64,000 nt of DNA from a bacterium (GTDB lineage Bacteria > Bacteroidota > Bacteroidia > Sphingobacteriales > Sphingobacteriaceae), in contig JANLVJ010000084.1 in assembly GCA_031363945.1 (NCBI GenBank), forward strand, positions 14,225-78,224, in the 5' to 3' direction. A program made the translations under genes and the position numbers. Below are positions 10,100 through 20,113 of this stretch, piece by piece (positions within the stretch are counted from its first letter, which is position 1; every line of letters begins with the position of its first letter). The notes under the pieces are model-generated. The model had not been told where the DNA came from and did no database searches. It saw only the letters and a list, made by a program, of their open reading frames with translations.

Positions 10100-10324
10100 C
10101 TATCCTTGGTCGTCACAACAAGTTTTATTCTGTTGAACCGGTGGACAACCCACGTCACCAAAGCTACAAAAAACGCAACAGTCACCAGCATTAGGCTTTA
10201 AAATTGCTTTACAAGCTTCACATTCATAAAAATATTGACAGGCGTTATCTGGCATATTTTCTTTCTTTGTAAAACCACATTCAGGGCATGTGATAGTTGA
10301 ACTAAAAAGCGTTTCATTATTCAT
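10100..10324 (-). CDS. GDCCVxC domain-containing small Cys-rich protein
   Basis: 74 aa with 14 Cys. CPECG ... CxxC ... AGDCCVFCSFGDVGCPP matches the GDCCVxC signature. All positions are Cys here, with no in-frame TGA. Confidence 0.75.
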   Translation of the reverse strand: MNNETLFSSTITCPECGFTKKENMPDNACQYFYECEACKAILKPNAGDCCVFCSFGDVGCPPVQQNKTCCDDQG

Positions 10325-10385
10325 AATGTTTAAAATTAAACAATTCAGACATCATACGGTTAAAAAACGCGGTAACCTGCACCAA

Positions 10386-10994
10386 ATGAAAAGAAAAATT
10401 CTTACCCTGATCTTAACGCTGACCATAATCAGTGCCAATGCCCAAAATCTTGATACCCGTATCTTAAGAGATATCAATCTGCCGTTTCATGCTGGGCCCG
10501 ATAAAGCATGGCGTTTTATCAGTAATGCCTCTATCCCCATAGATTTTGCCGTTCCTGTCAGTATCCTTATTGTTGGTTTGAGCCGTCAAGACCAGGCGCT
10601 TGAAGTAAAAGCAATTGAAACAGGTTCATCCCTTTTTATTTCCGCGGGTAGTGGTTTCTTATTGAAAGAAATTATCAGAAGACAACGACCGTTTCTAGCC
10701 TATCCAAGCCTTATTTATAAAAAACAAAATGAATCAGGCTATTCTTTTCCATCAAACCATGCTTCGATGGCCTTTTCAACAGCCACATCGTTGAGTCTTG
10801 CCTTTCCCAAATGGTATGTAATTGCTCCCGCATTCGCTTTTGCGACAGCAACTGGTTACTCACGTTTGTATCTGGGGGTACACTACCCCTCAGATGTTCT
10901 TGCCGGAGCACTGATTGGTGTAGGGTCTTCATTCATTACATGGGAATTACAACGCATACTAAATAGAAAAAGCCTTCATCACTGGAAATTTTAA
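10386..10994 (+). CDS. PAP2 superfamily phosphatase
   Basis: Start moved to ATG 10386 (MKRKILTLILTLTIISANAQ signal/anchor). PAP2 motifs KEIIRRQRP, SFPSNH, SRLYLGVHYPSDV. The tracked 10290 start would overlap the divergent neighbour. Confidence 0.85.
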   Translation: MKRKILTLILTLTIISANAQNLDTRILRDINLPFHAGPDKAWRFISNASIPIDFAVPVSILIVGLSRQDQALEVKAIETGSSLFISAGSGFLLKEIIRRQRPFLAYPSLIYKKQNESGYSFPSNHASMAFSTATSLSLAFPKWYVIAPAFAFATATGYSRLYLGVHYPSDVLAGALIGVGSSFITWELQRILNRKSLHHWKF

Positions 10995-11023
10995 GCGGTC
11001 CTGAAACCCGCCTATGCCCTTCA

Positions 11024-11590
11024 TCACTGGCTATGAAATCTTGCAACCACGGCATCCTGCATGGTCATATTGAAGTCTATCACATTAATTATTGCCTGAA
11101 AAACTGAGGTAATAATAGTCGCTCCACCCGGGGTACCTACAACCATGTATAGTTTACTATCTTTTTCTATAATCGTTAAAGTCATTGAGCTGAGCATTCT
11201 TTTACCCGGAGTAATTGAATTTGCTTCACCTCCTATTAGTCCGTACGCATTAGGGCTACCTGGTTTAACCGAAAAATCATCCATTTCATTGTTCAGAAGA
11301 AAACCATCACCTTTTACTACTACCAATGAACCATACGAACCGTTTAAGGTAGTTGTCACAGAACACTGTTTCCTTGCTTATCAACGATAGAATAATGAGT
11401 TGTTTCTTCTTTTTCTGTACTAGCCAAATTTCCAGGGTAAATATCTTTACTCGGTGTGGCATGCTGCCAGTCAAGAGTAGACATTCTTTTTAGCTGATAT
11501 GAGGGATTTAATAATTGCCCCTAAGGAACTGAAAAAAAATCAGGATCGCTAAGGTATTTTGAACGGTCTGCATACACATACATATTCAAT
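11024..11590 (-). pseudogene. ggt: Gamma-glutamyltranspeptidase fragment (both ends missing, in-frame TAG plus frameshift)
   Basis: The minus strand reads YVYADRSKYLGDPDFFSVP*GQLLNPSY...EETTHYSIVDKQGNSV. It then shifts frame to VTTTLNGSYGSLVVVKGDGFLLNNEMDDF...GKRMLSSMT...GTPGGATII...ARFHSQ*. Only about the central third of a GGT is present. Confidence 0.8.
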
Positions 11591-12827
11591 ATTTGAAAAA
11601 CATGGTTGTATTTTCAAGCTTCAGTATTTCTTTACTTTATAAAGAAGAACTCTGGAGGCTTATTGCCTGCCATAATTATACCCCCGGTTCATTGACTATA
11701 AGTCAAGAGATACCTGGAAAATGCTTGGTCAGATTCTATCATCTGTATTAGAATTTAGGCAGGATGAAGAAAATCACATAATAATACAAATTTATGAAGC
11801 GAATATCTCTCAGCTTGCTAAATCGCTTCAAAAGCATGTTAGCATTATCGATGCCCTCACCTTTGATGAGATAAAAATTCTAAATATGACCGATGTAAGC
11901 GGTTGTATCCTCACCTATGAAGGCATGACAACGCTGTTAGTTCCATGCTCTAACCAGATGCAAATTGAGGGTTTACTTGAATTCATAAAAAACAATATTA
12001 AAAATGCCATAAATTCTACAGCAAGTTTATCAGAACTCTATGCCCCTGCTAAAGAGTTTGAAAAAGTTACAAGCGGCCTGATGCTTGTTGTATTGTCAAA
12101 TATGGAAAAGAATTATATAATCTGGCTAAAACCTGAAAGGAAGCAGACTATGAACTGGACTGGTAATCAAGAAAAACCTGTTGAAATCATTCAGGGGGGG
12201 TATATGAATCTTTCTCCCAGGAGTTCTTTTGAAACATGGGCAGAGGTTGTGTCAGGAACTTCAGAAAACTGGAGTTTGACAGAAAAAAATGTTGTAAAAC
12301 GATTAAAAGAAGAAATTACCTATTCTATAAATGAAAAGGCTGGTGTTCTAAAAAGCATGAATTAGGGTTTGAAATCTGCTTATGACGAACTTGACATCTT
12401 TAGTTGTACTGTATTACACGATTAAAAAGCCCTATTTCAGCTATTTTTGGTTATGCCCAGGTTATTGCAGGTGATAAATTAGCTGACAATAAATGGGGTA
12501 CCGTTGCCAACCGCATTGAAAGCCTGGCCGATAAAATGAATCTGATAATCAATGAAATTCTTGGATGTTCTCGAATTGAAAGATCTGAAATTGGATACAA
12601 AACAATAAATGCAAGGTTTAATTGAAGATAACGGGATTGGTATTCCTGATGCTGACCTGCCACATATCTTTGAACTTTTCAATAGAATGAGCAATGTCAA
12701 AGAACTAGAAGGGTCAGGCGTAGGTCTGGCAATTGTAAAACGGCTTATTGAACTTCATAATGTCCATTTAAGGGTCGAAAGTGAAGTCGGGAAGGGTAAC
12801 AGATTCTTCATCTCATTCAATAAATAA
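11581..12827 (+). pseudogene. bphP: Bacteriophytochrome histidine kinase relic (5'-truncated, frameshifts, nonsense codon, internal deletion)
   Basis: GAF end HIQYLKNMVVFSSFSISLLYKEELWRLIACHNY, then a frameshift in the C5 run at 11681-11685 to PRFIDYKSRDTWKMLGQIL. PHY domain follows (WLKPERKQTMNWTGNQEKP...LSPRSSFETWAEVVSG). TAG at 12363. HisKA remnant (VLHD-KSPISAIFGYAQ) carries a 1-nt loss near 12421-12428. The HATPase_c tail (EDNGIGIP...GSGVGLAIV) follows with the N-box region missing. Confidence 0.8.
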
Positions 12828-12953
12828 ACGGTGTTTCTGCTCATTAAAATCAAACCAAAAACTAAATTTCTGAAACGTAACATTTGCCGATTCGACAATA
12901 ATTCCCATGAGACCTGTCTGCGTAATACTATTTAAAATATGTTTGATAGAATT

Positions 12954-13392
12954 TCACATATTGGCTGATTGATCACCATAACCCATAAAAAATGTAAATG
13001 CCATAAATTCAGTCTTAAGCTGTTGTTCAATCATTTTTGAGATTATTTTGTCACCGATTGTCGACCCTTCCATAACATATAAAGCTCCAAGGCTCTGCAA
13101 ATGAATTTCAATTATGGTTACAAATAAACTTGCGGCCAATATAAAATCTTCCTGATTATTTATTTTCAGATCAATTTTAAATGCTTCAGTCTTATGTCTG
13201 CTTTCATAATTGGGAATAAATGAAACATCGAGACAATTATTGATTGATCAAGTGCTCAAAATAACCATGGAAAAGAGCCAAAAATCTGGCATAATCAGTT
13301 TCGGTTCTTATTGTTCTCATTAAGCTGATTAACTTTTTTTTAAGCAGTAAATGATTAATCGAGGTCTGGGTTTTTAATACTTCTAAAAGCAT
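12954..13392 (-). pseudogene. bphO: Heme oxygenase (BphO-like) with frameshift and shortened C-terminus
   Basis: ATG at 13392 gives MLLEVLKTQTSINHLLLKKKL...DYARFLALFHGYFEHLINQ*. A second frame gives ...SLGALYVMEGSTIGDKIISKMI..., the heme oxygenase LYV.EGS..G motif. The frame break is near 13240. Confidence 0.65.
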
Positions 13393-13478
13393 AAAGCCTA
13401 TAATTTATTTCATTTAGTAAAATAATTAACAAAGAATTAAGATGTAAAAATTTTCTATTTTCGAAATCATTCTTTTAT

Positions 13479-15347
13479 ATGAAACAGCTGCTTTTATTAG
13501 TACTACTTATTACCAGGATTATACCTTGCCTTGCTCAAAAACATAGCTCTAATGTTGACGGGCTATACATTAAAGAAAATTATACCAAAATCGAATTTCA
13601 GATAAAAATGCGTGATGGTGTTTCACTGTTCACTTCAGTTTATCTACCGAAAGATCAGAGCAAAAAATATCCAATCATGATGGATAGAACACCTTATAGT
13701 GTGGCTCCATATGGTAAAACAGCTTATAGATCAGAGTTAGGGCCATCGGGTTTATTTGTTCATGACAAGTACATTTTTGTTTACCAGGATGTCAGGGGCC
13801 GATGGATGAGCGAAGGTATATTTCAGGAAATGACTCCCGAAAAAGAGGTGCATAATACGAGGCATGATATTGATGAAGGTACTGATACCTATGATACCAT
13901 TGATTGGCTGGTCAAAAACTTACCATCAAATAACGGAAAGGTTGGTGTTTGGGGAATTTCTTATAACGGGTATTTTAGTACCACCTCATTACTCAGCAGG
14001 CATCCTGCGCTTTCGTGTGTCTCACCCCAGGCTCCAATGGCCGATTTGTACCGCGATGATGCTTTTCATTACGGAGCATTTATGCTGGTAGGTAATTTTG
14101 GATTTTATCCGTTTTTTACAAATCGTCAGAACGATCGGCCTACTCAATATAAAGCTCCGGGTTTTAAAGCTGGGACCGAAGATGGATATGCGTTTTATCT
14201 GAAAATGGCTACGGTTAAAAATACCAACGACCTGTATTATAAAGACACCATCAGGCTCTGGAATGAAATGCTTGATCACCCAGATTACGACCAGCACTGG
14301 AAAGACCGCAATGTATTAACCCATTTGCATGGAATAAAAACCCCTGTTCTGGTAACAGGTGGCTGGTATGATGCAGAAGATTTATATGGTGCTATTAAAA
14401 CCTATGAAACCCTTGATAAAAACAATCCAACAACACCTGTTTATTTTTGCATGGGTCCATGGGTTCATGGTGGCTGGTCAAGAGGAGATGGCGATCATTT
14501 AGGCGATGTAGATTTTCAGCAAAAAACAGCTCCTTACTATAGAAGCGAGATTGAATTTAAGTTTTTTAGTCATTATTTAAAAGGTACATCACTTGATATC
14601 CAAAAAGCTTCGATGTTTGAAACAGGAAGTAATCAATGGAAATCATTTTCAGCCTGGCCCCCAGCTGATGCAGTAGAAAAAAATCTTTACCTGCTACCAG
14701 AGGGCAAATTAGGTTTTGATGCTCCTGAAAGCCAAGAGGCTTCAAACTCCTTTACAGCTGATCCGGCCAAACCTGTTCCGTTTACAACTATAATATCTAC
14801 AGATATGGAGCGAACATATATGACCGAAGACCAACGATTTGCATCAAGGAGACCTGATGTTCTGAGTTATGAAACAGGAGTACTTACTTCCGACATGACC
14901 CTGGCAGGAAATATTATGGCAAACCTACAGGTTAGTACAACAGGTACAGATGCAGACTGGGTGCTTAAGGTAATTGATGTATACCCTGATACAGCTCAAA
15001 ATAATAAATTTACGAAGATAGGCGAGTCAATGTCAGGATATGAACAAATGGTTCGCAGTGAAGTATTCAGAGGAAAATATAGGAATAGTCTTGAGAAACC
15101 TGAACCTTTTATACCTGGCCGAATTAGTCTGGTGAATTTTGAACTTCAAGACGTATTGCATACTTTCAAGCGAGGCCATCGATTGATGGTACAGATTCAA
15201 AGTTCCTGGTTTCCATTGACTGATAGAAATCCACAACAGTTTATGAATATTATGAAAGCTATTCCCGGAGATTTTAAAACGGCCATAAATTCTATCTATA
15301 CTACGAAAAATAGTCCTAGTTTTATCCGCGTCAGACTTTTAAACTAG
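13479..15347 (+). CDS. CocE/NonD family hydrolase (S15 Xaa-Pro dipeptidyl-peptidase-like), secreted
   Basis: 622 aa with a signal peptide. Nucleophile motif GISYNGY, and the typical N-terminal MRDGV.L...YLP and C-terminal beta-sandwich (FKRGHRLMVQIQSSWFP). Confidence 0.85.
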   Translation: MKQLLLLVLLITRIIPCLAQKHSSNVDGLYIKENYTKIEFQIKMRDGVSLFTSVYLPKDQSKKYPIMMDRTPYSVAPYGKTAYRSELGPSGLFVHDKYIFVYQDVRGRWMSEGIFQEMTPEKEVHNTRHDIDEGTDTYDTIDWLVKNLPSNNGKVGVWGISYNGYFSTTSLLSRHPALSCVSPQAPMADLYRDDAFHYGAFMLVGNFGFYPFFTNRQNDRPTQYKAPGFKAGTEDGYAFYLKMATVKNTNDLYYKDTIRLWNEMLDHPDYDQHWKDRNVLTHLHGIKTPVLVTGGWYDAEDLYGAIKTYETLDKNNPTTPVYFCMGPWVHGGWSRGDGDHLGDVDFQQKTAPYYRSEIEFKFFSHYLKGTSLDIQKASMFETGSNQWKSFSAWPPADAVEKNLYLLPEGKLGFDAPESQEASNSFTADPAKPVPFTTIISTDMERTYMTEDQRFASRRPDVLSYETGVLTSDMTLAGNIMANLQVSTTGTDADWVLKVIDVYPDTAQNNKFTKIGESMSGYEQMVRSEVFRGKYRNSLEKPEPFIPGRISLVNFELQDVLHTFKRGHRLMVQIQSSWFPLTDRNPQQFMNIMKAIPGDFKTAINSIYTTKNSPSFIRVRLLN

Positions 15348-15461
15348 GCAAAAAATAACAAGAGTAGGCGTCAGTGAATGACTAATGAATTTATTCGTTT
15401 ACTTTATATGTTACGCGGCTGGTAGCAATTGGTTTGTAACTTGAAATTAAAATAATTAACA

Positions 15462-16598
15462 ATGAAGATTCTTTCGTTTCAACCCTGTTCAATTTATGTC
15501 AATGGGGGTATGGGTAGGCTACTTAGGAGAATATATGAAGGCCACGAAGATGAAATCACCTGTTTATCAATTATCCAACAAGCAAAACAGAAAAAATCTG
15601 GTAATATAAATGAGGTTATAGTAACACAATTTCCTTTACACAGAGCCTGGATGAGATGGAAAGTAAGGAATCTTTTTATTTTTTTTCGTGAGAAATTATT
15701 TAAGAATTTTACTGTGTGGAAATTGATAAATGAAGCAAGGAAAATTGAGTTCGATGTGTTACATGTAATTAATCACGGAAATCTCTCAACTTCTTTTTGT
15801 AAAAATTCATTTTTAAAAGGGAAAAAATTATGGACTTCATTTCATGATCATTTCTTAACAATAGGCTCTTCATTCGAAAATACCAAATTGTTATGGTGCA
15901 CCTCTGACAGGAGATTAGTAATTTCAGTTGAACTTGGCCTTGAGTATCAAAAACTTTTTGGAATTAAAGATTTTGAACTGATTACTGATGGGGTAAGAGC
16001 TAATGAAATATCAAAACCCAATCTGTTAAAAAAAGATGAAATTGAGATCTATTTTGCAGGGTTATTACATCTGGAATATTATCCTCTGTTTTTAGTTTTG
16101 GCAGAAACACTAGATCTTCTAGCTGATCAAAAGTCTATAACACTCACATTGAGAGGAACAGGAAAGCTTAAAATACTGGAAAATAGAAAGTTTAAAATCA
16201 ACTACAGAAGAGATTTTATTTCCGATGCAGAAATAAAAAAAGAAATGGATAAAGCTGATATTTTGTACCTGCCAATAAAGTTTTCTGTTCCTGAATTTTA
16301 CCTGTTTAGTTTATCAACCAAAATGGTTGGATACCTGGGTGCGGCTGGTAATATATTATATCATGGACCAGCTGATAGCGCAGCGTGCACACTATTGAAG
16401 AAAAGCAATGCTGCAGTTATGTGTAATTCATTGAATAAGTATGAGATGCTTAAAAGCATTAATACAATGCTTAATAATGATATTGAAATTAAGCAAAATG
16501 CAGTAAAGCTCGCTTTGGAAATGTTTGACATTGATTTAATGCAAAAAAAATTCTGGAAAACAGATTTAAAAATTCCTGAATTTGGGGTAAAAGATTAA
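15462..16598 (+). CDS. Hypothetical protein, weakly GT-B glycosyltransferase-like
   Basis: 378 aa. Overall layout MKIL...HVINHG...ITDGV...ADILYLP...GYLGAAGNILYHGP resembles divergent GT4-type enzymes. No strong motif. Confidence 0.35.
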   Translation: MKILSFQPCSIYVNGGMGRLLRRIYEGHEDEITCLSIIQQAKQKKSGNINEVIVTQFPLHRAWMRWKVRNLFIFFREKLFKNFTVWKLINEARKIEFDVLHVINHGNLSTSFCKNSFLKGKKLWTSFHDHFLTIGSSFENTKLLWCTSDRRLVISVELGLEYQKLFGIKDFELITDGVRANEISKPNLLKKDEIEIYFAGLLHLEYYPLFLVLAETLDLLADQKSITLTLRGTGKLKILENRKFKINYRRDFISDAEIKKEMDKADILYLPIKFSVPEFYLFSLSTKMVGYLGAAGNILYHGPADSAACTLLKKSNAAVMCNSLNKYEMLKSINTMLNNDIEIKQNAVKLALEMFDIDLMQKKFWKTDLKIPEFGVKD

Positions 16599-16626
16599 AA
16601 TTATTAATTTTAAAATCCCTTCTTAA

Positions 16627-17060
16627 AAAACTATAATTAATCAAATTTACCAATCAGTATATTCGGGTAAGTCAATAATCTTACCCTATTTCCCAGTTGG
16701 TCTTCTAGATAATCATCCAGTTATAATCAACTATGAAACCGGGAATTTTAAGGAAGAAATACTTAGTTATGATGGTACTAACATATCTTTGTCAGTCAAC
16801 CGGCACAGCAGTAATCCAAATAAGGGCAGTGTTTTATTAACATTAAATCCTTCTAAAAAGACAAGCTTTACCCTTTTCTTGAGAAGAACAGCCTAATTTA
16901 TCTATTATAAAGCCACTGTATCAGGAAAAACATATACTGTAAAACAAGATCATTTCCTGAATATTCAACGTTTCTGGCAAAAGGGTGATCAAATTGAAAT
17001 ATAGTTTCAACTGCTTCCACCCTATCTGCCACCTGATCAGGAGCTTGATGCTTATGCTTA
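16627..17060 (+). pseudogene. C-terminal fragment resembling a GH127/DUF1680 glycoside hydrolase
   Basis: Open frame without a start codon reads ...INYETGNFKEEILSYDGTNISLSVN...KKTSFTLFLRRTA*FIYYKATVSGKTYTVKQDHFLNIQRFWQKGDQIEI*. This matches the pattern F.L.LRiP.Wa....v.vNG......gYl.i.R.W.kGD.v.l. It is broken by stops and the family call is from memory. Confidence 0.35.
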
Positions 17061-17195
17061 AGAGTCAATAGAACAATCATCCTCCAACAAAACTAATACT
17101 ATTCACCATGTTATCAGAAGAAGATGGTGTAGCATAAAAATCAGCATCAACAGACCTATTCTTTAATAAACGATAAGCATCAATCAGCTCAGAAT

Positions 17196-17579
17196 TCAGA
17201 TTTCTTCAAAGAATTCAGATAAGGAGAGCATATAATTTAAATTCCAACCCTCGACCATTTCATCATATGCCTCGTCCGGGATATTTGTATGTCTTAACTC
17301 TAAAGATGTGCCTGATTTATCGGCAAAAAGCTTTATGGTTACAATTGAAGGTACTGGTTCACCCTCGAAATCCCATTCTTGCACAATTTTTTGATTGTGA
17401 ACGAACTCAAGATTCTTTCCGGTAATACTATTTTCCCATAAAGAAAATGCTGACCCTGCTTCTGTACTCATAATTGCTTCTTCGCCTGTCCAGAGCTGTA
17501 TAGTTGCAGCAGTGGTCAGGGCCAAATAGACTTCTCCCGGTGAAGCAGATATATGGTAATATTTCTTAAAATCTTTCAT
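17196..17579 (-). CDS. SRPBCC/AHSA1 (Aha1-like START fold) domain protein
   Basis: 127 aa. ISASPGEVYLALTT...IQLWTGEEA...TGKNLEFVHNQKIVQEW...TSLELRHTNIP...GW pattern is typical of the activator-of-Hsp90-ATPase-like family. Confidence 0.8.
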   Translation of the reverse strand: MKDFKKYYHISASPGEVYLALTTAATIQLWTGEEAIMSTEAGSAFSLWENSITGKNLEFVHNQKIVQEWDFEGEPVPSIVTIKLFADKSGTSLELRHTNIPDEAYDEMVEGWNLNYMLSLSEFFEEI

Positions 17580-18132
17580 TATAGGTAATTGTTAACCCTC
17601 AAATATACCTAACAGACAACTTTAAGCATAAGAATCAAATTTCAGATATAAATCAAAATTCTATTTCCATTGATACTTGGCTATTGTATCAGCATAAAGA
17701 CTCGCATCTGCTAAAGCTTGTGAAAGACGATACTGAATTATCATGATTGCTCCTTTACAAACTGAGGATTCACCTGCAGATATGAGGTCCAAAACAAGAC
17801 TCCTTATCCAGATTCTATTCCAGTACTTTCCGGCACCAGTTCCGGGTAGCTGTTATAATAAGATTGGTCAGGTGCAAGCCTTAATCACCTCTAAAAAAAC
17901 CTGTTAAAGGAGTATTTTGCTCCTTGAGATACAGAATCTTTTGAATATAAGTGAGATGTACTAGATTAAAAGCGCTCCTAACACCAGCATACAAATGAAA
18001 GACTGAGCCGTCTACAAAATAGTTTGCCGGATTTTCGACCAGTTTCTTAGACCAGAATTCCCAAATAAATTAAAACGGTACGCAAGTAAACAGAACTACG
18101 ATTTATACTATGATGGCTGTTTTTTGGTGAAT

Positions 18133-20043
18133 TTAATTTTTAATGAGTGAGTGTCTGACACCTTGCAGAGAAATAGTAATCATTCTACCAACAGGAAAAT
18201 TACCGCGATAGCTGATTACCTTTAAATAGCTGGCATCTTTAGGAACTTCAAGGGGAGCGTTATACATAGGATAAAATTGATCTGGGAAAGAGTTATCGAA
18301 ACTGTAATGCATTTCAAGGCCGGTTATTTCGCCTGACATAGAAATCATCAGACCCTTATCAGGTTTGAGAGAATATTCAAAAATCGGATCATACATACTC
18401 GGTGCATATTTAATACTGGCAATATCAAGGCGCTTAAAATGCATTTGCACCCGTCTTGCGAAATCATCCCAGTTTTTATGACTTTTCGTAGACCATACTG
18501 ATTCAGCAATTGCCATACCCCGAGGCCATGTCATGTACTCAGCATGACGCATATTATACACTTGCTCAGTCCAAAGATTAGCCTGACCACCTTTAATAAA
18601 CCGGGCATCAACACTATCTGGCACAGGTTCAAATTCATACGCTTTATTTAGCCTTAAGGTGGCATAAACTTTTGGTTCTATTGCTGAATCTCCCTGCATG
18701 TAATCAAGGTAAGAAAATGTGGTAGGGCTCATGACCACATTATGACCCATTTTTGCGGCCTGAATACCTCCTTTTATCCCTCTCCAACTCATTACCACAG
18801 CATTTGGAGCAATACCTCCTTCGAGTATTTCATCCCAGCCCATAAATTTCTTCCCTTTTGACTCAACAATTTTTTCTACACGTTTTTCGAAATAGCTTTG
18901 AACTTCCTCCATTGTTTTTAATCCCTCACGCTTCATAAGTAGCAAAATTTCGGGATTTTTTTCCCAGAAGTTTTTTGGGCATTCATCGCCTCCCATATGA
19001 ATATATTCAAAAGGAAACAAAGCTGCCACCTGGGTAATGACTTTATCAAGAAAAATATAAACCTTTTCATTTGCCGGACAAAGGGTATTATCTATCAGAG
19101 CAAGAGGGGTATTTTTTGACCAATCCATAATTTCTTCACCTGATCGTACATGATAGGTATTGGCAGCAGATGTACAGGATAAATCAGGGTACGAAGCAAC
19201 TGCTGCCAGACTATGACCTGGCACATCAATTTCAGGCAGAATATTTACAAAACGGTCTTTTGCGTACTGAACGATCTCTCGAATATCATCCTGTGTGTAA
19301 AAACCACCATAATTACGTGGCTCATCAGGGCCAGGGGTTGAAAATGTACCGAAGTAACCAACTTTTTTCACGTTAAAAGCCCCTATTTCAGTCAGTTTGG
19401 GCAAACCTATAATTTGTATCCTCCACCCTTCATCATCAGTCAGGTGCAAGTGCAGAAGGTTAAATTTATAACGTACCATCTGATCAATATACGTTTTGAC
19501 ATCAGCCTTGGTAAAAAAATGTCGGCTCACATCAAACATGAGTCCTCTCCAGCCAAAACGTGGTTTATCGGTTATCTGTACACAGTTAATTTTCCATCTG
19601 GCACCCATGACGCGGGTTTTACTTTCGATTTCTGGTTGAAAAAGCTGTATTAGCGTCTGAACCCCATAAAATAGACCAGCTGGTTCATTTGCCCCGATAG
19701 AGATGCCTGTTTTATTTACCCTCAGCTTATATCCCTCACTACCCAAGGTCGTATCAGGAATAGTATTAAGGGAGAGCTGGATCGTAGTTTTTGCTTTGCG
19801 GGTGTTAAGATATACTGAAAAGCCCGTGGCAGAGGTTAGCCTGGTTTTCAGAGTTGCTATAACCTGTTTTAGATTATTTGTACCTGGAGCCTTGATGAAT
19901 ATCTTTGTCGGAAGAATGAATTCACCTGAACTGGTAATCGTTGACAGAGGCTTGGGAATAACTGAGGTCTGCCTGTTTCCTGTCTGAGCATAATTGAAGC
20001 CGGCCACTAGCATGATTAGCAGCAATATTAAAAATTTCTTCAT
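18133..20043 (-). CDS. Beta-N-acetylhexosaminidase (GH20), secreted
   Basis: 636 aa with a signal peptide. GH20 catalytic region RGLMFDVSRHF...NLLHLHLTDDEGWR...HMGGDE. Confidence 0.9.
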   Translation of the reverse strand: MKKFLILLLIMLVAGFNYAQTGNRQTSVIPKPLSTITSSGEFILPTKIFIKAPGTNNLKQVIATLKTRLTSATGFSVYLNTRKAKTTIQLSLNTIPDTTLGSEGYKLRVNKTGISIGANEPAGLFYGVQTLIQLFQPEIESKTRVMGARWKINCVQITDKPRFGWRGLMFDVSRHFFTKADVKTYIDQMVRYKFNLLHLHLTDDEGWRIQIIGLPKLTEIGAFNVKKVGYFGTFSTPGPDEPRNYGGFYTQDDIREIVQYAKDRFVNILPEIDVPGHSLAAVASYPDLSCTSAANTYHVRSGEEIMDWSKNTPLALIDNTLCPANEKVYIFLDKVITQVAALFPFEYIHMGGDECPKNFWEKNPEILLLMKREGLKTMEEVQSYFEKRVEKIVESKGKKFMGWDEILEGGIAPNAVVMSWRGIKGGIQAAKMGHNVVMSPTTFSYLDYMQGDSAIEPKVYATLRLNKAYEFEPVPDSVDARFIKGGQANLWTEQVYNMRHAEYMTWPRGMAIAESVWSTKSHKNWDDFARRVQMHFKRLDIASIKYAPSMYDPIFEYSLKPDKGLMISMSGEITGLEMHYSFDNSFPDQFYPMYNAPLEVPKDASYLKVISYRGNFPVGRMITISLQGVRHSLIKN

Positions 20044-20113
20044 TTTAAGTTATTGAGTATGTCAAATTAATGATTTTTTATTTAGGATTGGCATCCCTTA
20101 TATTTAGCTCGAA

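Noticed and set aside
10290-10385. N-terminal extension of the PAP2 ORF overlapping the GDCCVxC gene
   Set aside because: The extension has no signal-peptide character and overlaps the divergent gene. The internal ATG at 10386 gives a canonical signal/anchor sequence.
11681-12428. All frameshifts being mere homopolymer sequencing errors
   Set aside because: Two of the indels do sit in homopolymer runs (C5 at 11681-85 and an A-run near 12421-28) and should be checked in reads. The same genes also have large 5' truncations, nonsense substitutions and an internal deletion, which base-calling errors cannot produce.
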